Source of the DNA: Candidatus Aenigmatarchaeota archaeon
GTDB taxonomy: Archaea > Aenigmatarchaeota > Aenigmatarchaeia > QMZP01
Length of the DNA: 50,686 nt
Reading direction: 5' to 3'
Assembly: GCA_030615165.1 (NCBI GenBank)
Contig: JAUWZW010000001.1
Location: forward strand, 1 to 50,686
A program made the position numbers and the translations under genes. The notes under the pieces were generated by a model that saw only the letters and a program-made list of their open reading frames with translations, had not been told where the DNA came from and did no database searches. Shown here in pieces: positions 16,036 through 25,473 of the stretch (the first letter of the stretch is position 1; each line of letters opens with the position of its first letter).

Positions 16036-16503
16036 ATGGCTAAAAAGGCTATTAGGGATATTGAAACAGGGATGGTTTTTGACCATATAAAGCCCGGATA
16101 CGGAACAAGGATTTCCGATGTGTTGAAAAGAAGGCTTTGGTCTGAAAAGAGATGCCCTGTCTATACGGGGGAGGGTGTGAAAAGCTCTGCCATGGGTGAA
16201 AAGGATTTTGTGAAGCTTGACGGCCCACATCTGGAACCTGGTAGTGATACATTAAGTGAAATTGCGTTAATCCAGCCTGATATAACCGTTAACTGGATTA
16301 AGAAAGGGGAGAGAACTGGCAAAAAACCAGCAAGAGAATGTATCGGGGATATTATTCATACGGATTTGATTGGCTGTGGAAATACAAATTGTATAGCAAA
16401 TGATGAGGCACCTGGAATATATGAAGTTTTGGATAAGGACAGTTTAAGGGTTAGATGCCATTATTGCGAAAGGGTTTTTGAAGCAAAGTATAATGGGAAG
16501 TAG
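16036..16503 (+). CDS. pyrI: Aspartate carbamoyltransferase regulatory subunit
   Basis: IETGMVFDHIKPG N-domain and a C-terminal Zn cluster: CGNTNC...CHYC. The ATG at 16036 lies 4 nt after the pyrB stop. The longer track ORF from 15928 overlaps pyrB. Confidence 0.8.
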   Translation: MAKKAIRDIETGMVFDHIKPGYGTRISDVLKRRLWSEKRCPVYTGEGVKSSAMGEKDFVKLDGPHLEPGSDTLSEIALIQPDITVNWIKKGERTGKKPARECIGDIIHTDLIGCGNTNCIANDEAPGIYEVLDKDSLRVRCHYCERVFEAKYNGK

Positions 16504-16504
16504 G

Positions 16505-17389
16505 TCATTCCGGTAATCTTATGTTTCCTGCCTTGTAAGCAGTGCATGATTCTATTACATTCCTTGGATTTGTGTACAGCTTATCCCTCAGCTGTTCTTC
16601 GGTCAGCACAGCATCTTCAACCAGACCTTTGCATGACCATAGATAATTGTCCCAGTCAGCTATGCCAGTTACTTTGGGCTTCGGTTCGGGTGCATAGTCG
16701 CTGGCTATGATTTCTATTGCGCCGTCCGCAAGGGCTTCCCTTATAGCTTCCCTGTCTTCAGCATCCCCTACAGACGGATTTACAGGGACGCGCATAGTGT
16801 CCCTTATCCACTTGAAGTAATGTGGACATGTTTCAGCAGTAACGAGTGTCCCTTCAGTCTTGGCATACCTTATCATACCAACGCTTGCCTTCCTGCTGAC
16901 ATGCTGTATATAGAGTTTGCCACCTACATCACGGTTCAGTTCCAGATACTTTTCAACCCATTTGCTCTCTGTAGTATCCCTCGGCCACACATCATGTCGT
17001 GAATCCTCCCCGCAGTGCAGCATAACCCAAACCCTTTCTCCATTAACCTCTGTTTCAAGGATGTCTCTGAGAATCTTCATGTCCTTTAGGCAGTTTCCGT
17101 CGTCAGTGAAGCCCACAACATATGGCGCAATTTTTTCCACATCAACAAGTTTCTTTCCTTCCCTGCCAACTGTTATCGCGCTCATGGGAGCAAATGGTAT
17201 TGCAGAATCCTGGGCCGCGTATTTCCTTATAGCATCAACATTATCCAAACATGGGGTTACATTCGGCATTGCCACAACAAAGCTTATACCACCTTTCTTT
17301 GCTATTTCTGTGTGGTATGCCACCTTGCCCCTGATATGCGCATGCGTGTCTATTACCGGGACATTATTGCCACATAAATAAATCGTCAT
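16505..17389 (-). CDS. pyrC: Dihydroorotase (short form)
   Basis: Motifs DTHAHIR, GGISFVVAMPNVTP, GFTDDG, LHCGED, HVSRKASV...AETCPHY and IIASDYAPE (canonical DHAPH). Met24 is preferred as the start because it leaves an AT-rich 79-bp divergent spacer. The track ORF extends to 17458. Confidence 0.7.
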   Translation of the reverse strand: MTIYLCGNNVPVIDTHAHIRGKVAYHTEIAKKGGISFVVAMPNVTPCLDNVDAIRKYAAQDSAIPFAPMSAITVGREGKKLVDVEKIAPYVVGFTDDGNCLKDMKILRDILETEVNGERVWVMLHCGEDSRHDVWPRDTTESKWVEKYLELNRDVGGKLYIQHVSRKASVGMIRYAKTEGTLVTAETCPHYFKWIRDTMRVPVNPSVGDAEDREAIREALADGAIEIIASDYAPEPKPKVTGIADWDNYLWSCKGLVEDAVLTEEQLRDKLYTNPRNVIESCTAYKAGNIRLPE

Positions 17390-17468
17390 AATATCTTTTT
17401 TATGTTTGACAATAAGTTTTTTAAGCACTTGGTCTAATCTTTTATCTCCATTAGGCAAAGTGATAACT

Positions 17469-18491
17469 ATGTGGAAAATTTCTGCAAAGGAACTGGAGAA
17501 GCTCAGGGATTTTTTAGATATAAGAGGAAAGAAAATGCTTTTCTACCACAGGGATTGTGATGGGATTTGCTCTGCTGCCATGTGGCTCAGGTTCTTTTCT
17601 GATTTTGAGGCAAGGCCCAGGGAGGGGCCAAGGATGGACAGCGGATTTGTGAGACATGTGATAGACCAAGACCCTGACCTTCTTGTATTTCTGGATTTGC
17701 CAATAGACCAGGAATGGAAGCGGATTAGGAAGATGCTGGATTCCCTGCCTGATGTCAGGATTCTCATTATAGACCATCATATAGTTGAGAGGGACCTGAA
17801 TTCAGGCAGGATACTGCACATAAATCCAAAGTTCAAAAATGATGTTTACCTGCCCGCGGCTTTTTTGGTTTACAGGATTCTGGAGCAGCTCGGTGAGGAT
17901 GTGGGTAATATGGATTGGATATCTGCGCTGGGGATTGCCGGTGATTACGGATTTGAGGACTGCAGGGATTTCCTAGACAAGGTCGGGATTAAGAATCTGG
18001 ACATGGGGGTCGGGCTTGTTTCAGCTGCGATGAGCCTGAAGGGCCTGAAGGGCGCGGACAAGGTTCTTAAGATAATGCTGGCATCCGACGGCTATAAAGA
18101 ATTTCTCCGGACAAAGACCCTTGGACTTTGGAAGAAATATGTTGACAAGGAATTCAGGGATGTTGTCAGCGATTTTAAGAAGGAAAGGGAGGAACACAAG
18201 GATGCAAACCTTGTTATCTACATAATAAAGAGCAGGCTTAATTTCGTCTCTGTTGTTGCAACACACTTCTCTGAGAAACTACCAGACAAGGTTATACTCA
18301 TAGGCAAGAAGGGCAAGTATGGATGGAAGCTTTCTGTCAGGAACCAGTCCGGAAAGGTTAATGTTGGGGATTTGGTTAAGAAATGCGTGAAGGGAATAGG
18401 TTCTGGCGGGGGGCATAAGAAGGCAGCAGGCGGTATAGTAAAGGACTGGGAAAAGTTCAAGAGGAGGCTTCTGGCGGAGCTGGAGGCGTGA
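17469..18491 (+). CDS. DHH/DHHA1 family phosphoesterase (RecJ/NrnA-like)
   Basis: Motifs DCDGICS, IIDHH and GGGHKKAAGG. Confidence 0.75.
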   Translation: MWKISAKELEKLRDFLDIRGKKMLFYHRDCDGICSAAMWLRFFSDFEARPREGPRMDSGFVRHVIDQDPDLLVFLDLPIDQEWKRIRKMLDSLPDVRILIIDHHIVERDLNSGRILHINPKFKNDVYLPAAFLVYRILEQLGEDVGNMDWISALGIAGDYGFEDCRDFLDKVGIKNLDMGVGLVSAAMSLKGLKGADKVLKIMLASDGYKEFLRTKTLGLWKKYVDKEFRDVVSDFKKEREEHKDANLVIYIIKSRLNFVSVVATHFSEKLPDKVILIGKKGKYGWKLSVRNQSGKVNVGDLVKKCVKGIGSGGGHKKAAGGIVKDWEKFKRRLLAELEA

Positions 18492-18801
18492 TATCTTCCT
18501 CTATTTTTTCCATTGATTTTATTGGTTTTGAACGACAACGCTGCAGTACTTTCTCTCCTTTTGGGATTTCATATACTCCGAGCCGTGGAGATTTATATGA
18601 TATATGTTCCTCGGCTTCATCAAATAATAGCAAACTGCAACCCGGTTCGAATTCACCAGTCATGTCCCCCAATGATTTGCCAGGGGGTATATATCCTATC
18701 AGCTTCCAATAGCCTCCGCCTTTTGGTTTAACCCTCATCAATCTCCTGTAATCATCAACTACCAGTTCCTTATTTTTATCAGTTATGTACTTCGTTGGCA
18801 T
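18457..18801 (-). CDS. Hypothetical protein (114 aa), 24 nt downstream of flpA
   Basis: ORF only, on the same strand and tightly spaced after fibrillarin. It overlaps the 3' end of the convergent DHH gene by 35 nt. Confidence 0.4.
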   Translation of the reverse strand: MPTKYITDKNKELVVDDYRRLMRVKPKGGGYWKLIGYIPPGKSLGDMTGEFEPGCSLLLFDEAEEHISYKSPRLGVYEIPKGEKVLQRCRSKPIKSMEKIEEDITPPAPPEASS

Positions 18802-18825
18802 AAAGCGTTATTATTAGTAAGTTTT

Positions 18826-19488
18826 TTATTCCTTCGATTTAGGTTTCAGAACAAAAAAGGCATGGTCCTTTTCATAAGGGTCCAGTTTTATTTTTTCCAT
18901 TATCCTGAACTCTTTCTTGAGCTTCTTTTCTTCCTGTTTGTATATAATATCAGGGTCTTTTGTTACATCAATGCTGCGCGCCTTGATTGCAATCATGGCT
19001 GTGCCATCCGGCTTGAGAAATGCCTTGCAGTTGCGAATCAGGATTTCTGACTGGTCATCTGTTGCAACATCCTGGTAAACAAGGTCAACAGGTTCAATCC
19101 AGTTGTATTCCTCTGGCTTCCTGGCATTGGCAAGTATGGGGACCATATTGCCCCTTTTTTCTGCGACAGGGTTCAGCTCCCTGAATGTGCGCTCTGAAAT
19201 CTCCACGCCATAGATGATTCCTTCTGGACCTATTATGTCAGAGAAGTAGGAAGCGGTCTGGCCGCTTGCTATGCCTAGGTAGAGGATTTTCATCCCCGGC
19301 CTGAGGGGGAGGTTTTTCAAACCCTTGGTTATTGCTGCTGCAGGCTTGGAGCGGTTCGGGTCCCAAACCCTGTATTCCTTACCTGCTATCGTAACTAATT
19401 GCTCTGTATAGCCCCGGGAGCCGGGAACAAGGTTCCTGGTCAGGATCTGCCTGCCGCGCTTCCAGATGTTGGGGAAAAGTTGTTTCAT
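18826..19488 (-). CDS. flpA: Fibrillarin, rRNA/tRNA 2'-O-methyltransferase
   Basis: YRVWDPNRSKPAAAI, ILYLGIASGQTASYFSDIIG (SAM site), and DVATDDQ (canonical DVAQPDQ). Confidence 0.9.
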   Translation of the reverse strand: MKQLFPNIWKRGRQILTRNLVPGSRGYTEQLVTIAGKEYRVWDPNRSKPAAAITKGLKNLPLRPGMKILYLGIASGQTASYFSDIIGPEGIIYGVEISERTFRELNPVAEKRGNMVPILANARKPEEYNWIEPVDLVYQDVATDDQSEILIRNCKAFLKPDGTAMIAIKARSIDVTKDPDIIYKQEEKKLKKEFRIMEKIKLDPYEKDHAFFVLKPKSKE

Positions 19489-19513
19489 ATATTTAATTTA
19501 GAACTAGTATAAA

Positions 19514-20041
19514 TTATGTTAATTTTCTTGCCTTCGCTTTCTCTATCCTTTGCAGGTCTCTTTCCGTGTACTTTCCTACTCTGGGTTCAGGGAATCTCAC
19601 AATATATGCTGACTCTCCTATGTAATCAAGCTCTCCAATTTTTTCGCCAAAAAGCTCAAAGTTTTCTTGGCTGTAAAGTGCATCTACGGCTAGATTATTA
19701 TTCCTGTCTGACAGACGTTTTCTGAATCCTTCCAGCTCCGAGCCCCTGACATCTATTCTGTTGTGGCTTGCCCTTATATTTTTGGACTGCAGGAACACAG
19801 TAATTACTGATGAGTATTCTTGCGCTTCATCACCAAAACCATAAACAATACAAGGTAGACCGTTCGCTGATATGTCCAGAAGTTCTGGTTCTATGCTGTC
19901 TATAAAATTCATCATCTCCCTCTCCTTTTCTGCAGGTTTTGACCTTCTGATTCCCATTTTTCTTAGCACGGCGTATGCTCTAGGATCTTTTCTTAATGTA
20001 TACAAAAAAAGACGAGGTAAAAGAGGAGCTATGTTATTCAT
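19514..20041 (-). CDS. Hypothetical protein (about 175 aa), third gene of an uncharacterised cassette
   Basis: The start at Met36 (ATG 20041) gives an ATGAATAA-type 8-nt overlap with the upstream stop. No recognisable motifs. Confidence 0.45.
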   Translation of the reverse strand: MNNIAPLLPRLFLYTLRKDPRAYAVLRKMGIRRSKPAEKEREMMNFIDSIEPELLDISANGLPCIVYGFGDEAQEYSSVITVFLQSKNIRASHNRIDVRGSELEGFRKRLSDRNNNLAVDALYSQENFELFGEKIGELDYIGESAYIVRFPEPRVGKYTERDLQRIEKAKARKLT

Positions 20042-20669
20042 CTTGATCACCATGAAGCATCTCATAGAAATTTCTAAAGTCCACCTCTGAATCATCCTGT
20101 TCTCTCTCGGGGAGGTATCTAGATGCAGGTAAAATTTTTCCATCATTCACAAGCGTTTTCAAATAGTTCCTCCTTCTCAAATACTTCTTTTTAACAGGCT
20201 CTGGATTAAAATTACACCATGAAAAGTCAAGGATATTCGAGGCATCGGCTAATCCCCCTAAAATTATATCATCATCTTTAACACCGAGATATGTCAAACA
20301 ATCATAAATTGTCATAACAGTTATAGCCTCGGATGTTGTATCATCAAAAATGAGATGTTTGCACGGATAGTCTATACTTTCCAGAATGTTTCTTATCTGC
20401 CCCAATGTGGGTATTACAACCCTAGCGTATCCTACATTACCTCCTCTTGATTTTTCTACCAAGAACGGCTGGATTATATATGGTATACCAAGTTTCCTAA
20501 ATCCTGCTTCAATTGTAAATCTTCCCAGTCTGACAGCTCCATGTGCAGTTGGTGAATAGATTACCGGTCTCTCTTCTCTTCGTACATCTACTTCATGAGC
20601 CAGATAATCTCCTACAACTTTTGGCTTCGGCTTATCAAATAATGTTTCTACACTATCTTTGGCTCCCAT
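20034..20669 (-). CDS. Hypothetical protein with a degenerate phosphoribosyltransferase-like segment
   Basis: KHLIFDDTTSEAITVMTIYDCLTYLGVKDDDIILGGLAD resembles the PRPP-binding loop pattern (hydrophobic x4, DD, xxT/S-G-x-T) but lacks the Gly. Confidence 0.35.
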   Translation of the reverse strand: MGAKDSVETLFDKPKPKVVGDYLAHEVDVRREERPVIYSPTAHGAVRLGRFTIEAGFRKLGIPYIIQPFLVEKSRGGNVGYARVVIPTLGQIRNILESIDYPCKHLIFDDTTSEAITVMTIYDCLTYLGVKDDDIILGGLADASNILDFSWCNFNPEPVKKKYLRRRNYLKTLVNDGKILPASRYLPEREQDDSEVDFRNFYEMLHGDQDE

Positions 20670-20676
20670 TTAATCA

Positions 20677-21621
20677 CTACTCCAAAAACTTTACATCATC
20701 AATTTCGTAATCACTGTCCCTATCTAAACCCATAACAACCTTCGCTATCTCTTTGTTGTCAATTGTGTTGCCCCCCATGATTTTTTCGGTGTGCTGTGTA
20801 AGGGCTATTATGGCAGCCCTTGTTCCCCTGGACCTCTTTCCCGCCAAGAGCAGTATCTTCTTCTTTTTGTTGAAGGGGTTATCACACTTTATTACAAGAC
20901 CGACCGCCAGGTCATTGTAGGTCTTGTTTGTTAGTTTTGAGACAATGCTCCATTCTTTTTCTTTATCAAAATACAACGGAAGTGCAGAATTCAGTTTGTC
21001 CACAATAATGTTGAATTTGGGATTGCCAATTAGTATCAGATTGTCTTTAAGGTCACCCTCCCTCACCTGTGTATCTATTTTGTAACAGGGCAGCTCCAGT
21101 TTCTTTATAAAATTGCCTAAAAACAGGGCAAGGTCTGAAACATATGCCCCATCACGTGCAGCTTCGTCATACTTTCCATGCGGTCTTGGATTTCCGACGA
21201 TTATTTTTGCATTCAGCTTCCCGTCCTTCACAAACGGGTGAAGGAACTTCAAGACAGCAGGATTTCTAACTGGGATATCATCTTCCAGGGGGTATCCGTC
21301 ATTGTAAAGCCTTGTTGCGACAACAGGGGAGACAACAGCGTAAATCTTCGCTGTCATGCCATACCTCTGCTCTGTTCTTATCTGGTTAATTATCCCGGCC
21401 CCCTCTAGGTTGCGCAGGTGGTAGTAAATCTTCTGCTCGTGCTGTTCAAGCTTCCTTGCCAAATCCATTGCACAGCATGGTTTTTTGGCAAGTTCCTTGA
21501 CTACTTTCAGGCAAAGCTCTGAGCCGAAAATGGAGAGCTTTTCCGGAGAAACAAGAATGCTGTTATAAGCCATTGGGCTTTCTCCGTTATCATCAATGAA
21601 TTGTGGCATATTTCCCACCAT
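20677..21621 (-). CDS. ArsR-type winged-helix protein with an uncharacterised about 200-aa C-terminal domain
   Basis: N-terminal CCAMDLARKLEQHEQKIYYHLRNLEGAGII. The C-terminal region has repeated IIVGNP / LILIGNP / ILLLAGK beta-alpha-like segments. An alternative start is Met5 (21609). Confidence 0.55.
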   Translation of the reverse strand: MVGNMPQFIDDNGESPMAYNSILVSPEKLSIFGSELCLKVVKELAKKPCCAMDLARKLEQHEQKIYYHLRNLEGAGIINQIRTEQRYGMTAKIYAVVSPVVATRLYNDGYPLEDDIPVRNPAVLKFLHPFVKDGKLNAKIIVGNPRPHGKYDEAARDGAYVSDLALFLGNFIKKLELPCYKIDTQVREGDLKDNLILIGNPKFNIIVDKLNSALPLYFDKEKEWSIVSKLTNKTYNDLAVGLVIKCDNPFNKKKKILLLAGKRSRGTRAAIIALTQHTEKIMGGNTIDNKEIAKVVMGLDRDSDYEIDDVKFLE

Positions 21622-21880
21622 TCCCTCCTTTGGGTTATAAGATTAGATGGTTATATTTAAATACTTTTATGGTTTTTTTCGTAGTAATACAGGAATTTTT
21701 TGATTATTGGAAGAGATTTTTTATAATATAAAAATTCTTATAAAAGAAAACAGCACACTGCAAGCCTTCCCACATAGATTCCCAATTTTTAGCAAACTCT
21801 GTTTTTAGGAGTTCCTTATATATCTAAAGTTCAAGTTGTGTATGCAACCAGTTTCCCACTAATCCCACAGAGGTGATTTT

Positions 21881-22366
21881 ATGCCAGGAGAACTATTCGT
21901 ATGTCAGATATGCAAAGAGCCCATACACAATTTTGTCTGCATAGATTGCTTGGCAGGGGATATAAGGAAATGGCTTCCTGAACATCTTGTTTCCGGGTTC
22001 CTGAGGTTTAATGAGATGTTCCTGGAATACTTCCATTATTCCCATGATCATGAGGTGAATAATCATCATCTTGTTTGCAGTGCAAGGGGTAAGGGCTCTA
22101 TATGCCTTTACTGCTATGTAAATGAAGTCTTCCAGTGGATGCTCAGCCAGAATAAAACGCTCGCCAAGAGGTTCATAAAGATTTTTTCCTTTGGTCTCAA
22201 GGTATCAAGATTCGGGAACATCATAAGGGCAAACCCGCAACCAATAACAGAATTGGAAAGTGAAGAGAAAGAGTTTGGTATATGTGATGAGTGTGGGGAA
22301 TACTCAGATGAATTAGGATATATAGATGGGAAATGGGTATGCAAAGAATGTGGTGCAATGGGATGA
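21881..22366 (+). CDS. Cysteine-rich zinc-finger protein, hypothetical
   Basis: CxxC pairs: CQIC...CIDC, CLYC and CDEC...CKEC. Confidence 0.5.
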   Translation: MPGELFVCQICKEPIHNFVCIDCLAGDIRKWLPEHLVSGFLRFNEMFLEYFHYSHDHEVNNHHLVCSARGKGSICLYCYVNEVFQWMLSQNKTLAKRFIKIFSFGLKVSRFGNIIRANPQPITELESEEKEFGICDECGEYSDELGYIDGKWVCKECGAMG

Positions 22367-22454
22367 ACTATGGCAGAAAACAAGGTTAAAAAAGAGAAAA
22401 AGGAAGTGGAGTGGTTTGTTGACTGGGACAAGGAGTATGATTATTTTTAAATAA

Positions 22455-22748
22455 CTAAACCCTGTGTTTCCCTAGTTTTTTCTTTACTTTTTCCATCTTC
22501 TTCTTGTACAGCATTATCCTTCTCAGGGATTCTAGAACCTCCACGAAACCTATCAGAACAAGCGCAGTCCCAATAATCACGGATGACTGGCTTCCAGGAA
22601 AAACGTTTATTATGAGAATCCCCACACCTATAAATGCCAAACCGGTCTGCATGAAGGAAAGAATTGTTCTCTGCTTTGATAGTATTGTTCTCTCCATCGA
22701 AAGGACTAACTGTTCCTCTGCAGGATTTGTTCTCTTTCTTCTTGCCAT
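22455..22748 (-). CDS. DUF202 (YidH-like) small membrane protein
   Basis: MERTILSKQRTILSFMQTGLA matches the ERTxLAWxRT pattern. Two TM segments. Confidence 0.55.
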   Translation of the reverse strand: MARRKRTNPAEEQLVLSMERTILSKQRTILSFMQTGLAFIGVGILIINVFPGSQSSVIIGTALVLIGFVEVLESLRRIMLYKKKMEKVKKKLGKHRV

Positions 22749-22794
22749 ATTTTATATTTAGGGGATTTAATAAATAAAGATACAGGATGGTGTT

Positions 22795-24513
22795 ATGAAA
22801 TACTCAAAGCTCGTTGATGTTTATGAATATCTGGAGAAGACATCAGCAAGGCTGAAGAAGACTGATGCCATTGCAAAGCTTTTGAAAGAGACGGATTCTG
22901 AGAACCTGCCCAGGATCGCGCTTCTCCTTCAGGGCAGGGTGTTCCCTGCATGGGATGAGAGGAAGATAGGGCTTGCATCCCAGTCCATGGAAAAGATTGT
23001 ATCTATTGCAACCGGTTTCCCGGAGAAAGAGGTTGGTGCAAGATTCAAAAAGATAGGTGACTTTGGCCTTGTTGTAGAGGAGTTGGCAGGGAAAAAGAGG
23101 CAGAAGACGCTTTTTGAAAAGTCCCTTACAGTTGAGAAGGTATTTGAGAATCTGCAGAAGCTGGCATCGGTTGAGGGAAAGGGCTCGCAGGAGAGGAAGT
23201 TCAAGCTTGTATCAGAGCTCATAGTATCGGCAAAGCCAAAGGAGGCAAAGTATATTGTCAGGACAACTGTGGGTGATTTGAGAGTCGGTGTTGCACAGGG
23301 GGTAGTCAGGGATGCTATAGCCAAGGCATTCCTGGATACAAAGACCCCGGAGAAGGCAAAACAGGCTGTCAGTGCAGTTGAATGGGCATGGTTCCTCAGG
23401 CCTGATTATGCTGAGGTTGCAAAGATAGCAAAGAAGAAGGGTTTGTCAGGTCTGAAAAGGGTCAGGCTGGAGGTCGGAAAGCCATATCATGTTTTGCTTG
23501 CAGAGAAATCCCCAGGGCTAAAGGAAGCGCTTGAGTCATTTGAACACCCTGCCCTGGAATTTAAGTATGATGGAGCCAGAGTACTTATTCATAAAAAAGG
23601 CAACAAGCTCTGGTTCTACACGCGGCGTTTGGAGAATGTAACAAAGCAGTTCCCTGAGCTTTCAGATTTCGTCAGGAAGGGTGTAAAGGCAAAGGAATGT
23701 ATAATAGAGGGTGAGATGCTTGGGTTTAACAAGAAGACAGGAAAGCCAATGCCGTTTCAATCCCTTTCCCAGCGCATAAAGCGCAAGTATGATATAGAGA
23801 AGATGGTCAAGGAGATTCCTATTCAAGTGAATCTCTTCGACGTTGTCTATCTTAACGGCAGGGAGCTGTTTGACAAGCCGCTATCCGAGCGGTGGAAATT
23901 GCTGAAAAAAATCATCAGGCCTGTAAAAGGCAAGTTCAAGCTGGCGGAACACATCGAAACAAAGGAGTTGCACAAGGCGGACGAATTCTACAGGAAATCA
24001 CTTGCTGCCAGCCAGGAAGGCCTCATAGTCAAGAACATGGATGCGAAATACCATCCGGGCAGGCGTGTTGCCGGAGGATGGCTAAAGGTAAAGCCCGTAA
24101 TGGAAACACTTGATTTGGCAATAATAGGTGCTACATGGGGAACAGGCAAGAGGGCTGGCTGGCTTGGCTCCTATATACTTGGGTGCAGGGACGGCGACAA
24201 ATTCAAGAACTGCGGCATGATTGGAACCGGGATAAAGGAAAAAGAAGGAGCAGGCGGTATTACACTCCAGAAGTTGACAAAGATGCTTAAACCCGATATA
24301 ACAGAAGAGCACGGCAACAAAGTGAAGCTGAAGCCAGATGTCGTTGTTGAAGTCGCCTATGAAGAGATACAGAAGAGCCCGAATTATGAATCAGGCTATG
24401 CATTAAGATTTCCCAGAGTTCTCAGAATAAGGCCCGACAAAAGCATATCAGATGCGGACACAAAGGCAAGAATTGAGCGGCTTTATCGTTTGCAGAAGGG
24501 CAAGATACGATGA
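22795..24513 (+). CDS. lig: ATP-dependent DNA ligase
   Basis: Adenylation motif EFKYDGAR, EGEM, and LKVK. Archaeal Lig length (572 aa). Confidence 0.9.
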   Translation: MKYSKLVDVYEYLEKTSARLKKTDAIAKLLKETDSENLPRIALLLQGRVFPAWDERKIGLASQSMEKIVSIATGFPEKEVGARFKKIGDFGLVVEELAGKKRQKTLFEKSLTVEKVFENLQKLASVEGKGSQERKFKLVSELIVSAKPKEAKYIVRTTVGDLRVGVAQGVVRDAIAKAFLDTKTPEKAKQAVSAVEWAWFLRPDYAEVAKIAKKKGLSGLKRVRLEVGKPYHVLLAEKSPGLKEALESFEHPALEFKYDGARVLIHKKGNKLWFYTRRLENVTKQFPELSDFVRKGVKAKECIIEGEMLGFNKKTGKPMPFQSLSQRIKRKYDIEKMVKEIPIQVNLFDVVYLNGRELFDKPLSERWKLLKKIIRPVKGKFKLAEHIETKELHKADEFYRKSLAASQEGLIVKNMDAKYHPGRRVAGGWLKVKPVMETLDLAIIGATWGTGKRAGWLGSYILGCRDGDKFKNCGMIGTGIKEKEGAGGITLQKLTKMLKPDITEEHGNKVKLKPDVVVEVAYEEIQKSPNYESGYALRFPRVLRIRPDKSISDADTKARIERLYRLQKGKIR

Positions 24514-24657
24514 TAACTTGCCAAAACTTATTTAAATGTTTACTTCTGAACAGTGACAAAAGGTTTATAAAGCTTACTATTATACTATATTAAGCCGATT
24601 AACTACTGCTCAATATTTAAATACAGGAGCTGCAAAATATAAAGTACATGTGATTAT

Positions 24658-25449
24658 ATGGTGGCAACAACCGAGGTGCTTGACACCCTGAAGAGTATAG
24701 GATTGAACCTTTACGAGAGGAAGATTTTTGTAGCCCTATTAGCAAAGGGTATTGCCACTGCTGCAGAGGTTTCTGAAATAGCGGGGGTTCCAAGGTCCAG
24801 GTCTTATGATATTCTGGAGAGCCTTGCAGAAAAGGGTTTTGTTATTGTCCAGCCGTCAAAGCCAATCAAGTATGTTGCGATAAAGCCTTCTGAGGCAATG
24901 GAGAGAACAAAGGAAATTATTAAGAAAAAGCATGATGATGTTATTAAGAGGATTGACAAGCTGAAGGGTTCCAAAATACTTGAAGAGCTCGAGGGGATTT
25001 ACAGCAAGGGGTTCAACCTTGTAAGGCCGTCCGAGATGACGGGAACCCTGAAGGGAAAATTCACAATCAACAGGCAGCTGAGGTCAATATTCAGGGACGC
25101 GAAGAAGGAGATAAACATTCTGACAACAGAGGATGGACTGAACGATTTGTATCAAAACCATCTCAGGGTTTTGAAAAAGGTTGTAAAGAAAGGTGTTAAG
25201 CTAAGGGTTCTGGCACCTTTAAAGGATTCAGAGACTGCAAAGGCATTGACAGAGATTGCAGAACTGAGGAGTCTTAATGAGCCTTTGGGGAGGTTCTGCA
25301 TAATTGATAATGAGCATGTCCTTATGGCACTTACAGATGATAAAGAAACAGATGAATCGCAGGATGTTGCATTCTGGGCGAGCTCCCCGCATGTAGCAGA
25401 GAAAATTACCGGTCAGCTTTTCAACAGGCTCTGGGAATCCGGAGCTTAA
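24658..25449 (+). CDS. TrmB family transcriptional regulator
   Basis: N-terminal LGLNLYERKIFVALLAKGIATAAEVSEIAGVPRSRSYDILESLAEKGFV. Confidence 0.8.
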   Translation: MVATTEVLDTLKSIGLNLYERKIFVALLAKGIATAAEVSEIAGVPRSRSYDILESLAEKGFVIVQPSKPIKYVAIKPSEAMERTKEIIKKKHDDVIKRIDKLKGSKILEELEGIYSKGFNLVRPSEMTGTLKGKFTINRQLRSIFRDAKKEINILTTEDGLNDLYQNHLRVLKKVVKKGVKLRVLAPLKDSETAKALTEIAELRSLNEPLGRFCIIDNEHVLMALTDDKETDESQDVAFWASSPHVAEKITGQLFNRLWESGA

Positions 25450-25473
25450 AAGAAACAGTTTTAAAAGACCATA

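Noticed and set aside
19514-20146. Gene upstream of fibrillarin, considered as a candidate nop5
   Set aside because: It is too short and lacks any NOP-domain-like sequence. The N-terminal 35 codons of the track ORF overlap the upstream gene, so Met36 is preferred.
22370-22450. 26-codon ORF (MAENKVKKEKKEVEWFVDWDKEYDYF) after the zinc-finger gene
   Set aside because: It is too short and has no supporting signal. It cannot be supported from sequence alone.
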